Source: Octopus vulgaris | Taxonomy: Eukaryota | Assembly: GCA_951406725.2 (NCBI GenBank) | Contig: OX597823.1 | Span: forward strand, 74,276,001 to 74,340,000 | Direction of reading: 5' to 3' | DNA: 64,000 nucleotides | Shown: piece by piece, positions 13,069 to 27,334 of the stretch | Numbering within the stretch: position 1 is the stretch's first letter | Layout: the number at the start of each line of letters is the position of its first letter | Notes under the pieces: generated by a model | What the model was told of the DNA's origin: nothing | Seen by the model: only the letters and a program-made list of their open reading frames with translations | Database searches by the model: none | Position numbers and translations under genes: made by a program

Positions 13069-14654
13069 GGCTAGGATAGTGGTGTTCCTGTATAAATATA
13101 TTGCATGCTTTTCGTAGGCACTCTAGACATCTATATTACATGTATTTCCAGTGGGTAAATACAAAGTTATAACGTTCTTATTTTGTTAGTCAGGCGACCA
13201 CATAGCGTTTCCTTCATCGGCTCACTACAAGACGTCTCAAAGACTTGTTTCATTGTTGTTTTAGAGACAGGAAAATTAATTATTAGTAAACACGTTTCGT
13301 ATGAAGACGATAAGCAGCCATACCATTTTTTTTATATGTTCGAGTAACTTTGCGTTTAGATTAACGTTTTAACCAGACTATATTGCGTTCCATCGTCTTT
13401 AATGAGACGCAAGTCATCTAGGCATGGTTTTGTGGATCACTTAAGTTTCAGAGTATATTTACTAAGCACTGCTTGGGAATTCAAGTTTTGCGGTTATCAT
13501 AAGCCTTACACCTACTCTTGGAAATAGAAGCACATTATCGGTGGCTTCCAAGAAGTGCTTCGTTTTGTACATGAATTCCCTTGGGAAGTCACTACACGTA
13601 CGTACGTATATAATTAAAAACAAGTTTCAATTTAAACTTGCAGAAAACTGTTAATAAATACGCTATCAGTTTCTTTGCTGTCATATTTTTTGTATCCATT
13701 TCATTTATTTCTACACCACTTGTTTATTTATTTATTTTTTTATTTTTTATTTATTTAATTATTTATTTACTTAATCATTTATTCCTTTATTTTGTATGGC
13801 TGTCTTCTCTCACACTAAAGAAATTTTTCCTCTCTTATTTACCTAATTAAACAATTACGATTATAAGCTAATCAAATTCACCTTACTTTCAAGCATCGCT
13901 CATTACATTTGTTTTATAGCATTAAGCACATTATCCCATATTGCTTTCAGATCAGATTTTTTTGCTTCTTATATCTAATTCATTTACTTCAAAGCTATTT
14001 TACAGTTTTGTTTATATTGTAGTTTTGCTTAATATTTTAGTCTGTGTTTACAATTCATGTTGGTTATCCGATATTCAATGAAGAAATACAAAGAGGTATA
14101 ATAACTAAAGCAAAAATAAATGTCTAACTCTCACAAAATATAATGTATCTTGCAAAACAAAGTTTTCTTTACTAATCAACATTTTTCTTAGTTGTATTCG
14201 TTCTCATAACGAATTACACATTCTAGATTCGTCTAGGTTTACATCCGGCTGTTGTCAAACATAGAAAATATATATGAAAAAAATTTAATAAAAATAACGG
14301 AAGAAGCATCAAATTAGTCGCCACAAAGTTCACCTTGTTATTTACAATACAGCCGGGATTTTTATTTCCTACTTTGAAAACTACCTTTTCTAATCCTAAT
14401 ATAATACAAAATGATAACGAACACAAAGTTTTTAATACTGATGATGATGATGTTGACGACGACTACAACAACAATAAAGATGAGATGTTAATAATAACCC
14501 CCTTTCCATTCTGTTCCTCGTTATCATCATCTTCACTACAGTCAGTATATTGACAATAGTCATAGTAAAACATGCCAGTATTACCATCATAATCGACAAT
14601 GCCTTCATCATATCTTCCAAATGAAAGTGGTTATTAATACAAGTATTGATATGA

Positions 14655-14860
14655 GAGCTGCGAACTGGAGGAATCGTTAGTATGCCGGAAAAAAACGCTT
14701 TGTCCGACCTTATGTTCTGAGCTCAAATTCCACTGAGGTCGACTCTACCTTTCATCCCTTTCGGTGTCTATAAAATATGTACTAGTTGAGTCCTGGAGTC
14801 GATATAATCCATTTATCACTCCCTCAAAGTTGATGGCCTTGTGCCAAAATTTGAAAACTA
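14655..14860 (+). mobile_element. tRNA-derived SINE, family A (GTCGACTTTGCCTTTCATCC core)
   Basis: Head GCGAACTGG..GAATCGTTAG, B-box-like GAGCTCAAATTCC and core GAGGTCGACTCTACCTTTCATCC. Flanked by the AGTATTGAT direct repeat. Confidence 0.85.
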
Positions 14861-15611
14861 TATAGTATTGATGTGTTTAAATGCCTTATTACGGTAGAAG
14901 GTAGTTTCACTCTTCATTTGAACCTATTTATCTTTGCTTGGTATCAAGTGGTTGTCTGGGAACAAGTTTCAGAGAGCGATCAAAATAATCGTTTAGATCA
15001 AAAGATTTGATGACTGAGTATCAGTGGTACAAAATAAATCCCTTCTACCTCCAATTGACAACACGGACATACTATTCGATCTGTTTCAGTTGCGCTGTGT
15101 ATTTCTTGCATTTGTTTAGTCAGACGTGGAGGTGGCAAAGTAGTCTGTGTCTTTATTGGCCTTGACAAATTCAGAAGTCGAATATTTGATATTAGTTTGA
15201 ACTCTTGTAAGTTGATGTCTCAAATGGAAAATACGAACAGGGAAGTTTCTAGAGGCTTTTAATTGAAAGGCCAAATGTTTATTGCAAATCTACTGACTGT
15301 GTCATACAATGTAGATTAACTTATGTGGTTAGTATAAGGCTTTTAATTTTAGGCAAGTAGAAGAAGGTACAGAAGTTAGCACAATGAAAAAACCTTATGT
15401 CTACAGAAACGAAGTTTGAAGATTTATGTTTTCCCAGTCATCTGTGATATTGTAGAAAATACATGGGTATAGCAGCTTCTATATTTCTCTGTATAAATGC
15501 AATATTTCAAAAAAAATATGTATTGTTCGCTAATAGATAGTGTGTAAAATTAATGAGATTCACCTATATGTGTCTAATGTTTTCGCACTGTTGCCAGTAT
15601 TAAAATGTCCC

Positions 15612-15830
15612 AAGGCGACGAACTGACAGAATCGATACTGCATTGGGCAAATTGCTAAGCGGCATTTCTTCCATCATTACGTTCTGAGTACAAATTTGTC
15701 CGAAGTCGACTTTACCTTTCATGATTTTGGGGTCGATACAAGAAGTACCAGTTGAACTATTTCATTGATGTAATCGACTTAATCTCTCCCCGACATTACT
15801 GTCCGTGTGTCAAAAATCTGAAACCAATAT
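15612..15830 (+). mobile_element. SINE family A
   Basis: Same head and core as the 14655 copy. TATTAAAATG direct repeats on both flanks are a likely TSD. Confidence 0.85.
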
Positions 15831-17225
15831 TAAAATGGTCCATTCCCTTTGTACTATGTTGTTGTTTAGGCATAGTTCAGTCTTGATTGATCAAAACTCT
15901 GATCAAAGAAGCTTCAGCCACGTCTATCGAATATTTTTGTAAAATCTTGTTCCACATTATACAATATCTTCACGCAGAGATGATATAGGAGGGAAATATG
16001 GTCGCTATTTTTTGCATGACTTCCTTGATAGCTTTGGAAATTGTAAGTATTCACAGATGAACGTGTACAATTTGATTTGTACACAACACTTAGTAGTTCA
16101 GAAAATGAAAATTGATTAGTTTCCGAGGGAGAAGAAACTAAAGTATTTTCTAATTTGCCTAGCTCTTATTTTATCAATATTTGAATACTGCACTACATAC
16201 CTCCTGTATGATTAACAAAACATTCATTCATCATACAGTGTTCTAATACTTATAATTGTAAGCATAACAGAGTACATACTTTAGGGTAGATATTAACAGT
16301 TAATCAGATTTGTTGGGATCATTATCGACATTGTCGATGATATACAAATCATCACATACCTGATAGAAGAATCTATAGGGGGTGAAATTTTTCTGGTAAT
16401 AAATTTCAATGTCCGGAGGTAAGTGTTTATATTGACCGGATGTGCATGTCTTTGTATTATCAGCCTACTCCTCTTTCTTCTCATCCTCCTCATCATTATC
16501 ACGTTAAATTTAATACCATCGTAAAAGGTTAAAAGGCTTGGCGTTTCATAATAATTCTTTTATAAATATATACGTGGCCAATCCAGATTAATAATGGTCT
16601 TTTCCTTCGTCTCTTTCACTAATACTTGCCATGATATTTACGCTAGGTGGATGCCACTTCATCAAACTTGACAATATAGAAACCCAGAATATATCAACAT
16701 AGGGCAACAAGCTGAGAACAAATTTTAATAAGATGCAAGATGACATTTTCCATGCGAAAAGCCACAAGTCCCTACACTAGATCACCATTCACTTCGCAAA
16801 ATGCGATTGTCTATACAAAGCTAAGATCGCCCATTTATGTGTACCAAAGCTGGTAAATAGTTGTTGATCTTGAACCATATTTGAAGTATTGCATGTTGTG
16901 TTCATTATCACACATATAATAAAACACAATGTGTTTCATATCGGTCATACTAGTACAGGGAAAATTAAAATAGCAAGCGGAGAGAGAGTGAGTGAGAGTT
17001 AGAGAAGCTAAATGCAAGTGAGCTGCAGTGGGAAGTTTTGTTGTGAAATACACAGGCATTTTAAACTAAATAAAATTGCAAATTTTGTCGTAAAGAATAT
17101 ATATTTTTTATTAGTTTCATACACAAGCACATATATGTACATGTAATACTGAAGTTAAATAGTAAACTTTTTTGTTCTCAAAAAATATTGTCGTTCACGT
17201 TACATTTATAGATTATGTATGTATG

Positions 17226-17256
<31 letters not shown>

Positions 17257-17399
17257 GTATGTATTACGTATGTATGTGTGTATGTGTGTTATTACATTTT
17301 TCTTCGGTTTTAGTTCGTTTTCCCATGCATGACGCTGACTCTTATTTATATATATATATATAAATAAATTTGTGTGTTTATCTATGAATGTGTGTGTTT

Positions 17400-17712
17400 G
17401 CCTTTGAGTCTGTGTTTTCCCCTATCACCGCTTGACAGCCGATGATTTGTTCCCGTCCCAATAACCAAGCCGCTCGGTAGAAGACACCGATAGGATCAGT
17501 GCCTGGCGTACAAAAATACGTACTGAGGATTGATTCAGCGTGACACACTGAATGCGAAAAGGCTGTCCCATTCAAGTACAGGTACAGCGGAGTGGATTGG
17601 AGCAACATGAAATAATGTCTTGCTTGAGGACCCAACGTGCCGCCGAGAACCGAGCTTACGACCTTACAATCGTTAGCCGAGTACCCTAACCAGAAGGCCG
17701 CGCGTTCCCACA
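17400..17712. mobile_element. Tail-to-tail SINE remnants: family B 3' half (+, ~17400-17575) and a CORE-like tRNA SINE head (-, ~17580-17712)
   Basis: The plus strand has CGCTTGACAGCCGATG..AGACACCGATAGGATCAGTGCC. The minus strand has GTGGGAACGCGCGGCCTTCTGGTTAGGGTACTCGGC...CCTCAAGCAAGACATTATTTCATGTTGCTCCAATCCACTC. Confidence 0.65.
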
Positions 17713-17729
17713 CTAATATGTAAAAATCT

Positions 17730-18400
<671 letters not shown>

Positions 18401-19297
18401 TGTTTGTTTTACTGTCTCCTTGTTTTATCATTGGACAATAAGTTGCAAGCGAGTTTCGCTCTCATCAAGGCCTGTTCTTTGTTGCCAATCTTCTATGCAT
18501 TCACGTCTTGGCATAGTGAAATATTACTTTACTTACAAATGAGAGTTGGCGTCAAGAAGGGCGTCTGGTTTTACAAAATATGTTTGTTCCATATGAGTAT
18601 GGAAAATTATGGAAGCTTATATATTGAGTGGACGGTAACAATTTTAACCGAGAGGTTAAATCATTTCTGATTGTTCAAGTGCTTCGATTCTCTGTATGCA
18701 CATATATTAATCGATTACTGACATTTATCAATGATTTCTGTCATGTTGATGCACGATTAGCAAAATTGTCGGTATTTTTGACGACAGGAGTATGCTAGTA
18801 TAGTGTGCTACCACTATTATATTAAATATTTTATAAGTTTACATTATGATATCTAATGTGTATATTTCTCCACTAATATTTATCTAAGCTTTCTTATTTA
18901 TATTAATCCAGGACATTTGCGTCTACATACTACGGTATAAGTGTAAAAGCATTCAAGTGATTTCGAATGGAATAAGTATATTTTTCCATGCATAACTTAA
19001 GTAGTAGTACAAAAGTATATTGTAATTAATGGGAACAAATTAAGTGGAAAGAATTAGAGTGCGTTATCTCAAAGATGAGTGACGTTGCTTCGAGTAGCGT
19101 TTTAGGTTATTATTGACAGAATGCGTAGAAAGAGTGTGACCATTTATCATGACTTTGAATGACAAGGTTCCGTGTAATACCATATTCTGTGAGGAAAAGT
19201 AGAAGACTGAAAGAGCATCTCACGGAGTGTCTCAATGCGGACTTCAGGCCGGCACTGCCTGGTGTTCAGTTCCCTAACTCGTTTAAAGCAAGCAGGG

Positions 19298-19536
19298 CTT
19301 TTTATTCCTTTATTGCCCACAAGGGGCTAAACATAGAGGGGACAAAAAAGGATAGACAAAGGGATTAAGTCGATTACATCGACTCCAGTGCGTAACTGGT
19401 ACTTAATTTATCGACCCCCGAAAGGATGAAAGGCAAAGTCGACCTCGGCAGAATTTGAACTCAGAACGTAACGGCAGACGAAATGCCGCTAAGCATTTCG
19501 CCCAGTGTGCTAAAGTACCTGCCAGCTCACCGCCTT
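19298..19536 (-). mobile_element. SINE family A, full length with TSD
   Basis: Reverse complement of the family A head and core. AGCAAGCAGGG is duplicated at 19287-19297 and 19537-19547. Confidence 0.92.
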
Positions 19537-20267
19537 AGCAAGCAGGGTTTCTAGAATATTCGACCAGGATATTTGTTGGCGGGAAGTTTCCAGTTTAATC
19601 ATTTTTACACCATCTGATGTGACTGACAGAGCCATGTTCTCGCAAGCGTTTAAACATTTCATAGCTTCATAACTTGCCTTGTCATTATGCCCTATACAAG
19701 CCGTGGTCCTGAGCTGGGCCACTTGAACGTGATAGTTCAAAAGTCAGCAGTCTAAGGTCACGGCTCATAACACAAAGCGAGAATTCCGTACACAAGGAAA
19801 CGAATTGCTGAGACAATTTCATAGACAGTCTAATCTATATCAGTACATGTGTGATCCCTGTTTATCGACTCGACTTTGCAGCAATTGGTTTTTATTTCTC
19901 TCAGTATTATAGTACATCGAATACTGCCTTTGTTGACTCTGCTGTTCATCGTTCCGCAAGAATCGATAAAATAACACCCAAGAATATTTGGAAATTAATG
20001 CAATTAACTATATAATATTCCCCTCATCAATTGGTCCAGTGCTTTCAGTAAAATGTCCTTCTCATTGTATTTGTTCTTGTTTTTTTTTTAGTGTTCTTTG
20101 TAGTCATTGCTGTTAAAGTCCTTCTGGTTGTATCGAATGACAGTAGTTGAAGCCTCCTTTGTAATTCTAAATAACAAAGAAACATAACAATAAAAGAGAA
20201 AAAATACTCTAGCTTTAATTAAGTTTTTGACTTCCATTAGTAGATGACTGGTGTCGCTTCATTTCCT

Positions 20268-20332
<65 letters not shown>

Positions 20333-20420
20333 TTTCCACCACCACCACAACCACCACCACCACCACCACCACTACTACTACTGCTACTACTACTACTACT
20401 GCTGCTGCTGCTGTTGTTGT

Positions 20421-20467
<47 letters not shown>

Positions 20468-20470
20468 CTA
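20268..20470. repeat. Compound trinucleotide repeat (TAC)(CAC)(TAC)(TGC)(TGT)
   Basis: Directly visible. Confidence 0.97.
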
Positions 20471-20526
20471 ATGCTCATGCAATAACAATTTTAGATGGAA
20501 GTAATAATGTAATGTATATTCATGAT

Positions 20527-20714
20527 CAGGGGCGTAGCTAGGGTGGAGCAAGCAGGGTACATGCCCTGGGCTCCACTTTGAGGGGCCGTCGCAATTTTGA
20601 CCAAAATCATTTTCTAATAAAGCCATTTCTATGCGAGATTCCACTTTTTGTATGGCAGGGGGTACAATTTTGATATTTGCCTTGGAGGACGCTATTTACC
20701 CTGGCTACGCCCAT
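20527..20714. mobile_element. hAT-type MITE
   Basis: Terminal inverted repeats CAGGGGCGTAGCTAGGG / CCCTGGCTACGCCCAT. CATGAT on both flanks may be a partial 8-bp TSD. Confidence 0.75.
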
Positions 20715-20936
20715 AAACCATGATATCGTTTAATTTTTGTCTTTGTTGAAATACCTTTTCGTTTACTTTGTGATAAATTTGTTTTATAAACAAAGGTATA
20801 TACGCAAAAGTGTTTGTTTTGTATGTGTAAAGTGTATGTTTGTGTGTGTGTGTGTCTGTATGTCATAGAAGCCACTTGCTTCTTAGTGGGAACCGGAATT
20901 CACACGGTTGCGAATCCTATTCCCTAAACACATAGA

Positions 20937-21022
<86 letters not shown>

Positions 21023-21949
21023 GTCTATGTATGTATCTGTCTATCTATTTGCCTGCTCATTCATCTCTATATCTCTTTATGTATTCATCGGTCCATCTAC
21101 CTATAATTATATATGCATATGTATACACCCAACATGCACACATGCATACACACTCAACACGCACAGATATATAAATAGATTGATAGAGAGATAGGTATAC
21201 AAACATGCATGTTATTCGCACTTATCTACATCTGTGTTTATTAAATTTCAGCATACTCACACGCATGTGTCTGGTACAACCCTAAGTAGGAGTGCGCTTC
21301 TCTATCTGGAAGGCATCATAGTTTTTTTCTAAGGTATTCAGACACGATTTGTAGACTTTGGTATCACGTAATGTTAAGTGAGTACATATTCCTGTTTTTA
21401 CTGGTGATCATGGAAAAAAAAACGAGTGATGAAGATGATGATGGTGATGACAATGGCAGTGAAAGTGATAGAGATATTGCTTGTCTTAGTGGGATACTTA
21501 ACGGTGCTTATGTATAGTAATGGTGATGACGACAGAGACGGCAATGATGAGAGCTGTGATGATAGTTATGTAGGCGATTATTAGTTCGATATTCAAATTC
21601 AAAGCACGTGCCATTAACTTTTAAAGAAAAGTTTCCATTAAAATACTGCGCTTTGCTAAAATATGCAGCTCACTTAGTGAAATCGCGAGGGATTCAGTTT
21701 GAATTAAGATCTGACCGGGCTATGAGCAGTCCGATCAGGAAACGCTAAGTTAGTGATGCTAGTGATTGTATTCATTTCTGCAGTTGATAAAAGTAAGCGA
21801 AGTCTCATGGGGTCTTTAGAAGAAACAATTATTCATCCAAACATCAGTAGTTAAGATTAGATCGATGTCAACTCAATACCAGTGTGGCAGGCAATCGGCA
21901 ATCTCCAATATGCAGCCCACGTTCGTATTCTAGACGGTTCCTTTCTCCA

Positions 21950-22238
21950 CCCATCCATTCACCCATCCATCCATCCATCCATGCTTACATACATACACAC
22001 ATACATACATACATACATACACACATACACGCATACATACATACATACATACATACATACATACACGCATACATACATACATACATACATACACGCATAC
22101 ATACATACATACATACATACACGCATGCATACATACATACATACATACACGCATACATACATACATACATACATACATGCATGCAAGGAGACATACATAC
22201 AAACATGCACGCATACATACATACATACATACATACAT
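21950..22238. repeat. (CCAT)n/(CATA)n microsatellite
   Basis: Directly visible. Confidence 0.95.
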
Positions 22239-22311
22239 AATTATACGCCGATAACTTTGATTAATACAGTGTCAACGTTTCGACATATATATCTAGTTGC
22301 CTATTTCAGAT

Positions 22312-22630
22312 ATACGGGTAATATCCGAAGGTGACCAGAAACGTTCCCTATTGGACGAAGATGTTGTAGTTTAGGCTTTAGCCGCTAGAGGTCTCTTGGT
22401 GCAACCCTTAGGCATTAGTCTGCCGACCGGTATCGACGGATACGGTCGTACTGGCACGTACTGCGTTTTTGTTTCGCAATGCTTCTGCCCTGTTCGTAGA
22501 TTTTTGGGATGGCTGAAACAAACGAACAACGTGCTTCCGTGAAATTCTGTTTTCTGCCAGAGAAAAAGGCATCCAAAACAGTTGCCATGCTTCAGATGGC
22601 TTACAAAGACGCTGCCATTAGCAAAACACA
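22312..22630 (+). mobile_element. Mariner 5' end fragment (transposase N-terminus)
   Basis: The ATG at 22509 opens MAETNEQRASVKFCFLPEKKASKTVAMLQMAYKDAAISKT, matching the mariner EQRxxIKFCF..AY...SKT HTH region. It is truncated by a CA repeat. A decayed TA-preceded TIR lies near 22312. Confidence 0.85.
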
Positions 22631-23208
22631 CATACACACATACACATATATATGACTATATACATAATATAGGGAGGTTTATGATAATTGATGTTGGTTA
22701 AAATTGTGATTATTGGTCAAATATTAAGTTTTTAATCTGCGTAAGTAATTGAGAAGGAACTTCCGACATCTTGAGCTAGTCTTTTTTGCGTAGGCTTTGT
22801 ACTAGTTTGCGACGTTTTTATATCAGTGAAAGTGTTGCAACATTAATTAATTAATTTACTGATTAATTAATAGAAGCACTACATTGTAATACGATTATTT
22901 GAAAAGTTAAGTAAACTTACGAATATTTGTTTTGATTAAACCACCTTTATCTTTGCTCTGAAAAAGTAGTGTTATCGCACCACTGGCCTTTGTCTCGGTG
23001 GTTAAAAAAAAGACAGCGTTCTGACAAGTTTCAGCTTTTGGCAAAGATTCATCACAGAATCAAATTAGAGGAAACAATTACATTCTGTCTATTGTAGAAA
23101 AGAATCTCTTTGTTATAACAACAACAATAATAATAATAAAAACAGCAACAATAGTAGTAGTAGTAATAATAATTATAATAATAAGTAAAAGAACAGCAAT
23201 AAGAACAG

Positions 23209-23709
<501 letters not shown>

Positions 23710-23716
23710 TTATAAT

Positions 23717-24248
23717 ATGCCCTGATGCAGTACCAGGCAGTGACTCTCATGGCTTTTGATCTTAACTGATTATCATGTACATTGCTTTGTCTTGGTATAA
23801 AAGATGGGCTACAGCAAATATTCTGCTTAATACCACAGATTTGCTTGTCAGTTATTTGACCTTAACTAGTTGAGCATGTCCTTTAGTGGCTGATAATATG
23901 TGCATCTCTGATCATGAGCAGAAGTAGTGGGGGAGTATGATAGCCATGTGTTGAGAGGAATTCTTTGGGGTTTGGTTGATTCACCCTTGGAAACATGGGT
24001 GTTTCGTTCATCATCCTTAAACAAAACTTATTCAGGGACCTTTTGAGTGGCATGGGTTTCTCGACCTGAAGAATGTTCTGAGTCCCACCAGCAAGGTCAT
24101 GCGCTGTTAATCTTGATATGAGATCACCATTTCGCGCACATATGGTTGTGATGCATGTGTCCAGTGTACCCTTATCAGAAGAGTATACTGGGCTTCGTAT
24201 ATTTTACCACAGTGTTACTTTGATGGCATGCACCTCTCTCTTACTCAA
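23717..24248. repeat. ~550-bp non-coding element, copy 1
   Basis: Starts ATGCCCTGATGCAGTACCAGGCAGTG and ends CTCTCTTACTCAAT. Bounded by (TAA)n and homologous to 24267-24825. Confidence 0.85.
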
Positions 24249-24266
24249 TAATAATAATAATAATAA

Positions 24267-24825
24267 ATGCCCTGATGCAGTACCAGGCAGTGGCTCTCAT
24301 GGCTTCTGATCTTAACTGATTGGAAGTGTTATCATGTACATTGTTTTGTCTTGGTATAAAAGATGGGCTACAGCAAATATTCTGCTCAATACCACAGATT
24401 TGCTTGTCAGTTGTTTGACTTTAACCAGTTGAGCATGTCCCTTAGTGGCTGACGATATGTGCATCTCTGATCACGAGCAGAAGTAGTGGGGGAGCATCAT
24501 AGCCATGTGTTGAGAGGGATTCTTTGGGGTTTGAATAGTTCACCTCTGGAAACATGGGTGGTTCTTTCAACATCCTTAAACAACCCTTATTCAGGGACCG
24601 TTTGAGCGAGATGGGCTACTCAACCTGAAGAAAATTCTAACTGGGCCCCACCTGCAAGGTCATGTGCTGTTTATCTTGATATGAGATCACCATGTCGCGC
24701 ACATATGGTTGTGATGCATGTGCCTGGTGTACTTTTATCAGACGGGTAGTCATGATGGGTATATTGGGCTTCGTATATTTTACCCCAGTGTCATTTTGAT
24801 GGCATGAACTGCTCTCTCACTCAAT
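24267..24825. repeat. ~550-bp non-coding element, copy 2
   Basis: Same start and end motifs as copy 1, diverged, and separated from it only by (AAT)n. Confidence 0.85.
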
Positions 24826-24852
24826 ACTAATAATAATAATGATGATGATGAT

Positions 24853-25860
24853 AACCCTGAATTAAATAAAAAACCTGAAACATCTGCCACCAAACAAGCA
24901 AAGCAGATCAAGCAGTCTGCAAAAAAGAATCGACAGAAACAAATTGACAAGTGGTGGAACCAGAAGCCCCAGCATGCACAGTATATTGTCTATGCTGATG
25001 TAGATCAAGCAACAATCCATCAGTGGCTGAGAAGATCCGGACTGAAAGTAGAGACGGAAGGTTTCAGATTGGCAGCATAAGACCAAATCTTGCTTACCAA
25101 AAACTACCAGGCTAACGTACTTCAAAATGGTTTAGACTCTAAATGCAGATTCTGCGACACATTTGATGTAACAATAGACCTGTTTCGGGATGTACTGTGC
25201 TGACACCAACCGAATACAAAAATTGCAAAGAAAGGGTAGGTAAACATGTAAGCACTACAAAATTTGCACACTTGCTTACTGGTACGAACATCATCCTGAG
25301 TCAGTCGTTGGAGTTTAAAATGTCACTATCCTCTGGGATATTCTAGTCAACACCGACGATACGATCCAAGTTAATCGACCAGAAATAATTATTAAAGACA
25401 GGGATAAAAATACTTGCAGACTAATAGATGTAAGAGCCCGCACTGATAAAAATCTAACTGTCAAGGAATTTGAGAAATTAAGTAAATATAAGGACCTGGA
25501 AATTGAAATACAAAAGATGTGGTATCTTAAAGCGAGAGCTGTTTCTGTTATTGAAGGTGCCCTAGGTATGATAAAAGAAAGGGATCCCAGAAACATCTAG
25601 ATAATATGGCAGGAGAACCATGTATCAGAGAAACCCCAAAAATTGTGCTGACAATTACTGCTCACATCCTTAGTAAAATACTATCAGTTTAAAGGTCTGT
25701 GTCGTATTAGACGAAAATATTTCGCTACTGCCCCTGCTACCTCCCCTCCCCAAGCTTTCAGTCATACTGTAACACCTCTTATCCTTCGCTCGCCCTAGGA
25801 CGCTGGGTGTGTCTCGGCAAGTGATTGTAGCAAATATGCAGAGTAAAAGTGAATAACGAT
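24853..25860 (+). mobile_element. R4/Dong LINE 3' fragment (second subfamily)
   Basis: Translates WNQKPQH..QWLRRSGLKVETEGF..DSKCRFC...VSGC..WYEHHPE..ILWD..NRPEII..LIDV..KEFEKLSKYKDLEIEIQKMW..GALG, i.e. the CCHC plus REL domain. A different 3' UTR ends in a TAA/TAG tract. Confidence 0.93.
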
Positions 25861-25887
25861 AATAGTAGTAGTAGTAGTAGTAATAAT

Positions 25888-26310
25888 AACTGATTGGAAG
25901 TGCTATCATATAAACTGTTTTGTCTTAGTATAACAGATAGGCTATAGCAAATATTCTGCTCATTGCCACAGATTTGCTGGTCACTTGCTTGACCTCAGCT
26001 ATTGAAGCATATACCTTTGTGGTAGACGTTATGTGCATCTCTGATTATGATCAAAAGTAGTGGGGTAGTGGGGGAGCATCATAGCTATGTGCTGAGAGGA
26101 ATTCGTTGGGGTTTGAATAATTAAACCCTGGAAACATGAGCGTTTCGTTCAACATCCTTAAATGACTCTTATTCAGGGCCCTTTTGAGCGAGATGGGCTA
26201 CTTGACCCGAACAAAATTCCAACGGAGCACCACCTGCAAGTTCATGAGCTGATTATCTTGATATGAAATCACCACGTCAAACACACATGGTTGTGACGCA
26301 GGTGCCTGGT
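25888..26310. repeat. ~550-bp element, partial copy 3
   Basis: AACTGATTGGAAGTGCTATCAT...ATGGTTGTGACGCAGGTGCCTGGTG aligns with the interior of copies 1 and 2. Confidence 0.8.
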
Positions 26311-26311
26311 G

Positions 26312-27332
26312 AGCCAGAAATTTGGCACCTTATCATTACCAGGTGATTTCCACTTATGATCCTTCGTGAGTGTCATCCTTAGGTATGCTATTGTGATGTT
26401 TTCTCATGCTTGTTCTGGTAAATTTTGGTAGTACCCTTCTGTACGTCTAATCCAGTCTCCATTTTCATTGTAAGTCTTCTGATTAATCAAGATATTTTCC
26501 CAAAAGTTTTCAACTTCTTTCCCTGGAAAAGGGAAAGTGTTCAACGTTTATTTATTCCTCCCTTCTTTGTCTGTAGAACGCTTTCCCATTGGATGTGATC
26601 AGCTTATTTTGCTTGTAAAACTTATTTCTCTTCTCAAATCTTCGTATTCTTTGAACTTTTGCTTGGACTCTTTACTACAGTGTTTCTTTTGCTGAAAGCA
26701 TCTCTTTTCTTGATGAGAATCTGTTTTCACTTCATCATTCTTAATTTTCTGGTTTTTACATCGTTTCCACTGACTAGTCCATTCACCTCTCATTATTTCA
26801 ATCTCTTTCTCAATTTTTTTTTTCCAGTTTGGAATTCTTCTCAGATTTGTATTTCTTTGTTTTCTCAGAGGCATACAACTGGTTTCAACTGTCTTAGCAG
26901 CTGAGCAAATAATTTCGTTTAATTCAGTGAAATTTAGTTTTAGTTCTTGCATAATATTTCTTGAGTTACATTTTGAATTGTATTTTAGAGTTTATGAAGG
27001 GGTTCTCTACCACACATATTGGCGTGTCGCAAGCTTGTTCAGGATTGTCTGCTTCGTTTCTATCATAGATTCTGTATGCTCTTCAGTAAATGTGTAGTCT
27101 TCAAATATTGTTTCCCCGTTATACTTTATCAGGTTCATTACAATTTATTTCTCCAGACATTTGTATGTTCTGGTCAGATGGCAGTCTTCCAAATGAGACT
27201 CACGGTAAGTTGCTCTCTTCGTCTGGTTCTTCATTTCCTTTCTGTCTTATATTTAGGTCATTTTCCGCTGCGTGCTTGATCGCGGTTATTTCAGTATCTG
27301 TGAGTCTTTTATTTCTGAAGATATTCTTCCTA
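26312..27332 (-). mobile_element. R4/Dong-like LINE, N-terminal ORF region up to the RT start
   Basis: The minus strand gives VRKNIFRNKRLTDTEITAIK, ELNEIICSAAKTV..PNWKKKIEKEIEIMRGE and WKSPGNDKVPNFWL at the low-coordinate end. Confidence 0.75.
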
Positions 27333-27334
27333 AC

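Noticed and set aside
16305-16424. Short hairpin (ATTATCGACA-T-TGTCGATGAT) and a plus-strand donor GAG|GTAAGT
   Set aside because: The loop and stem are too short for a pre-miRNA, the upstream acceptor is weak, and the peptide is unrecognised.
22265-22310. Minus-strand CTGAAATA..GAAACGTT hammerhead-like string
   Set aside because: The core does not match CUGANGA and there is no stem I.
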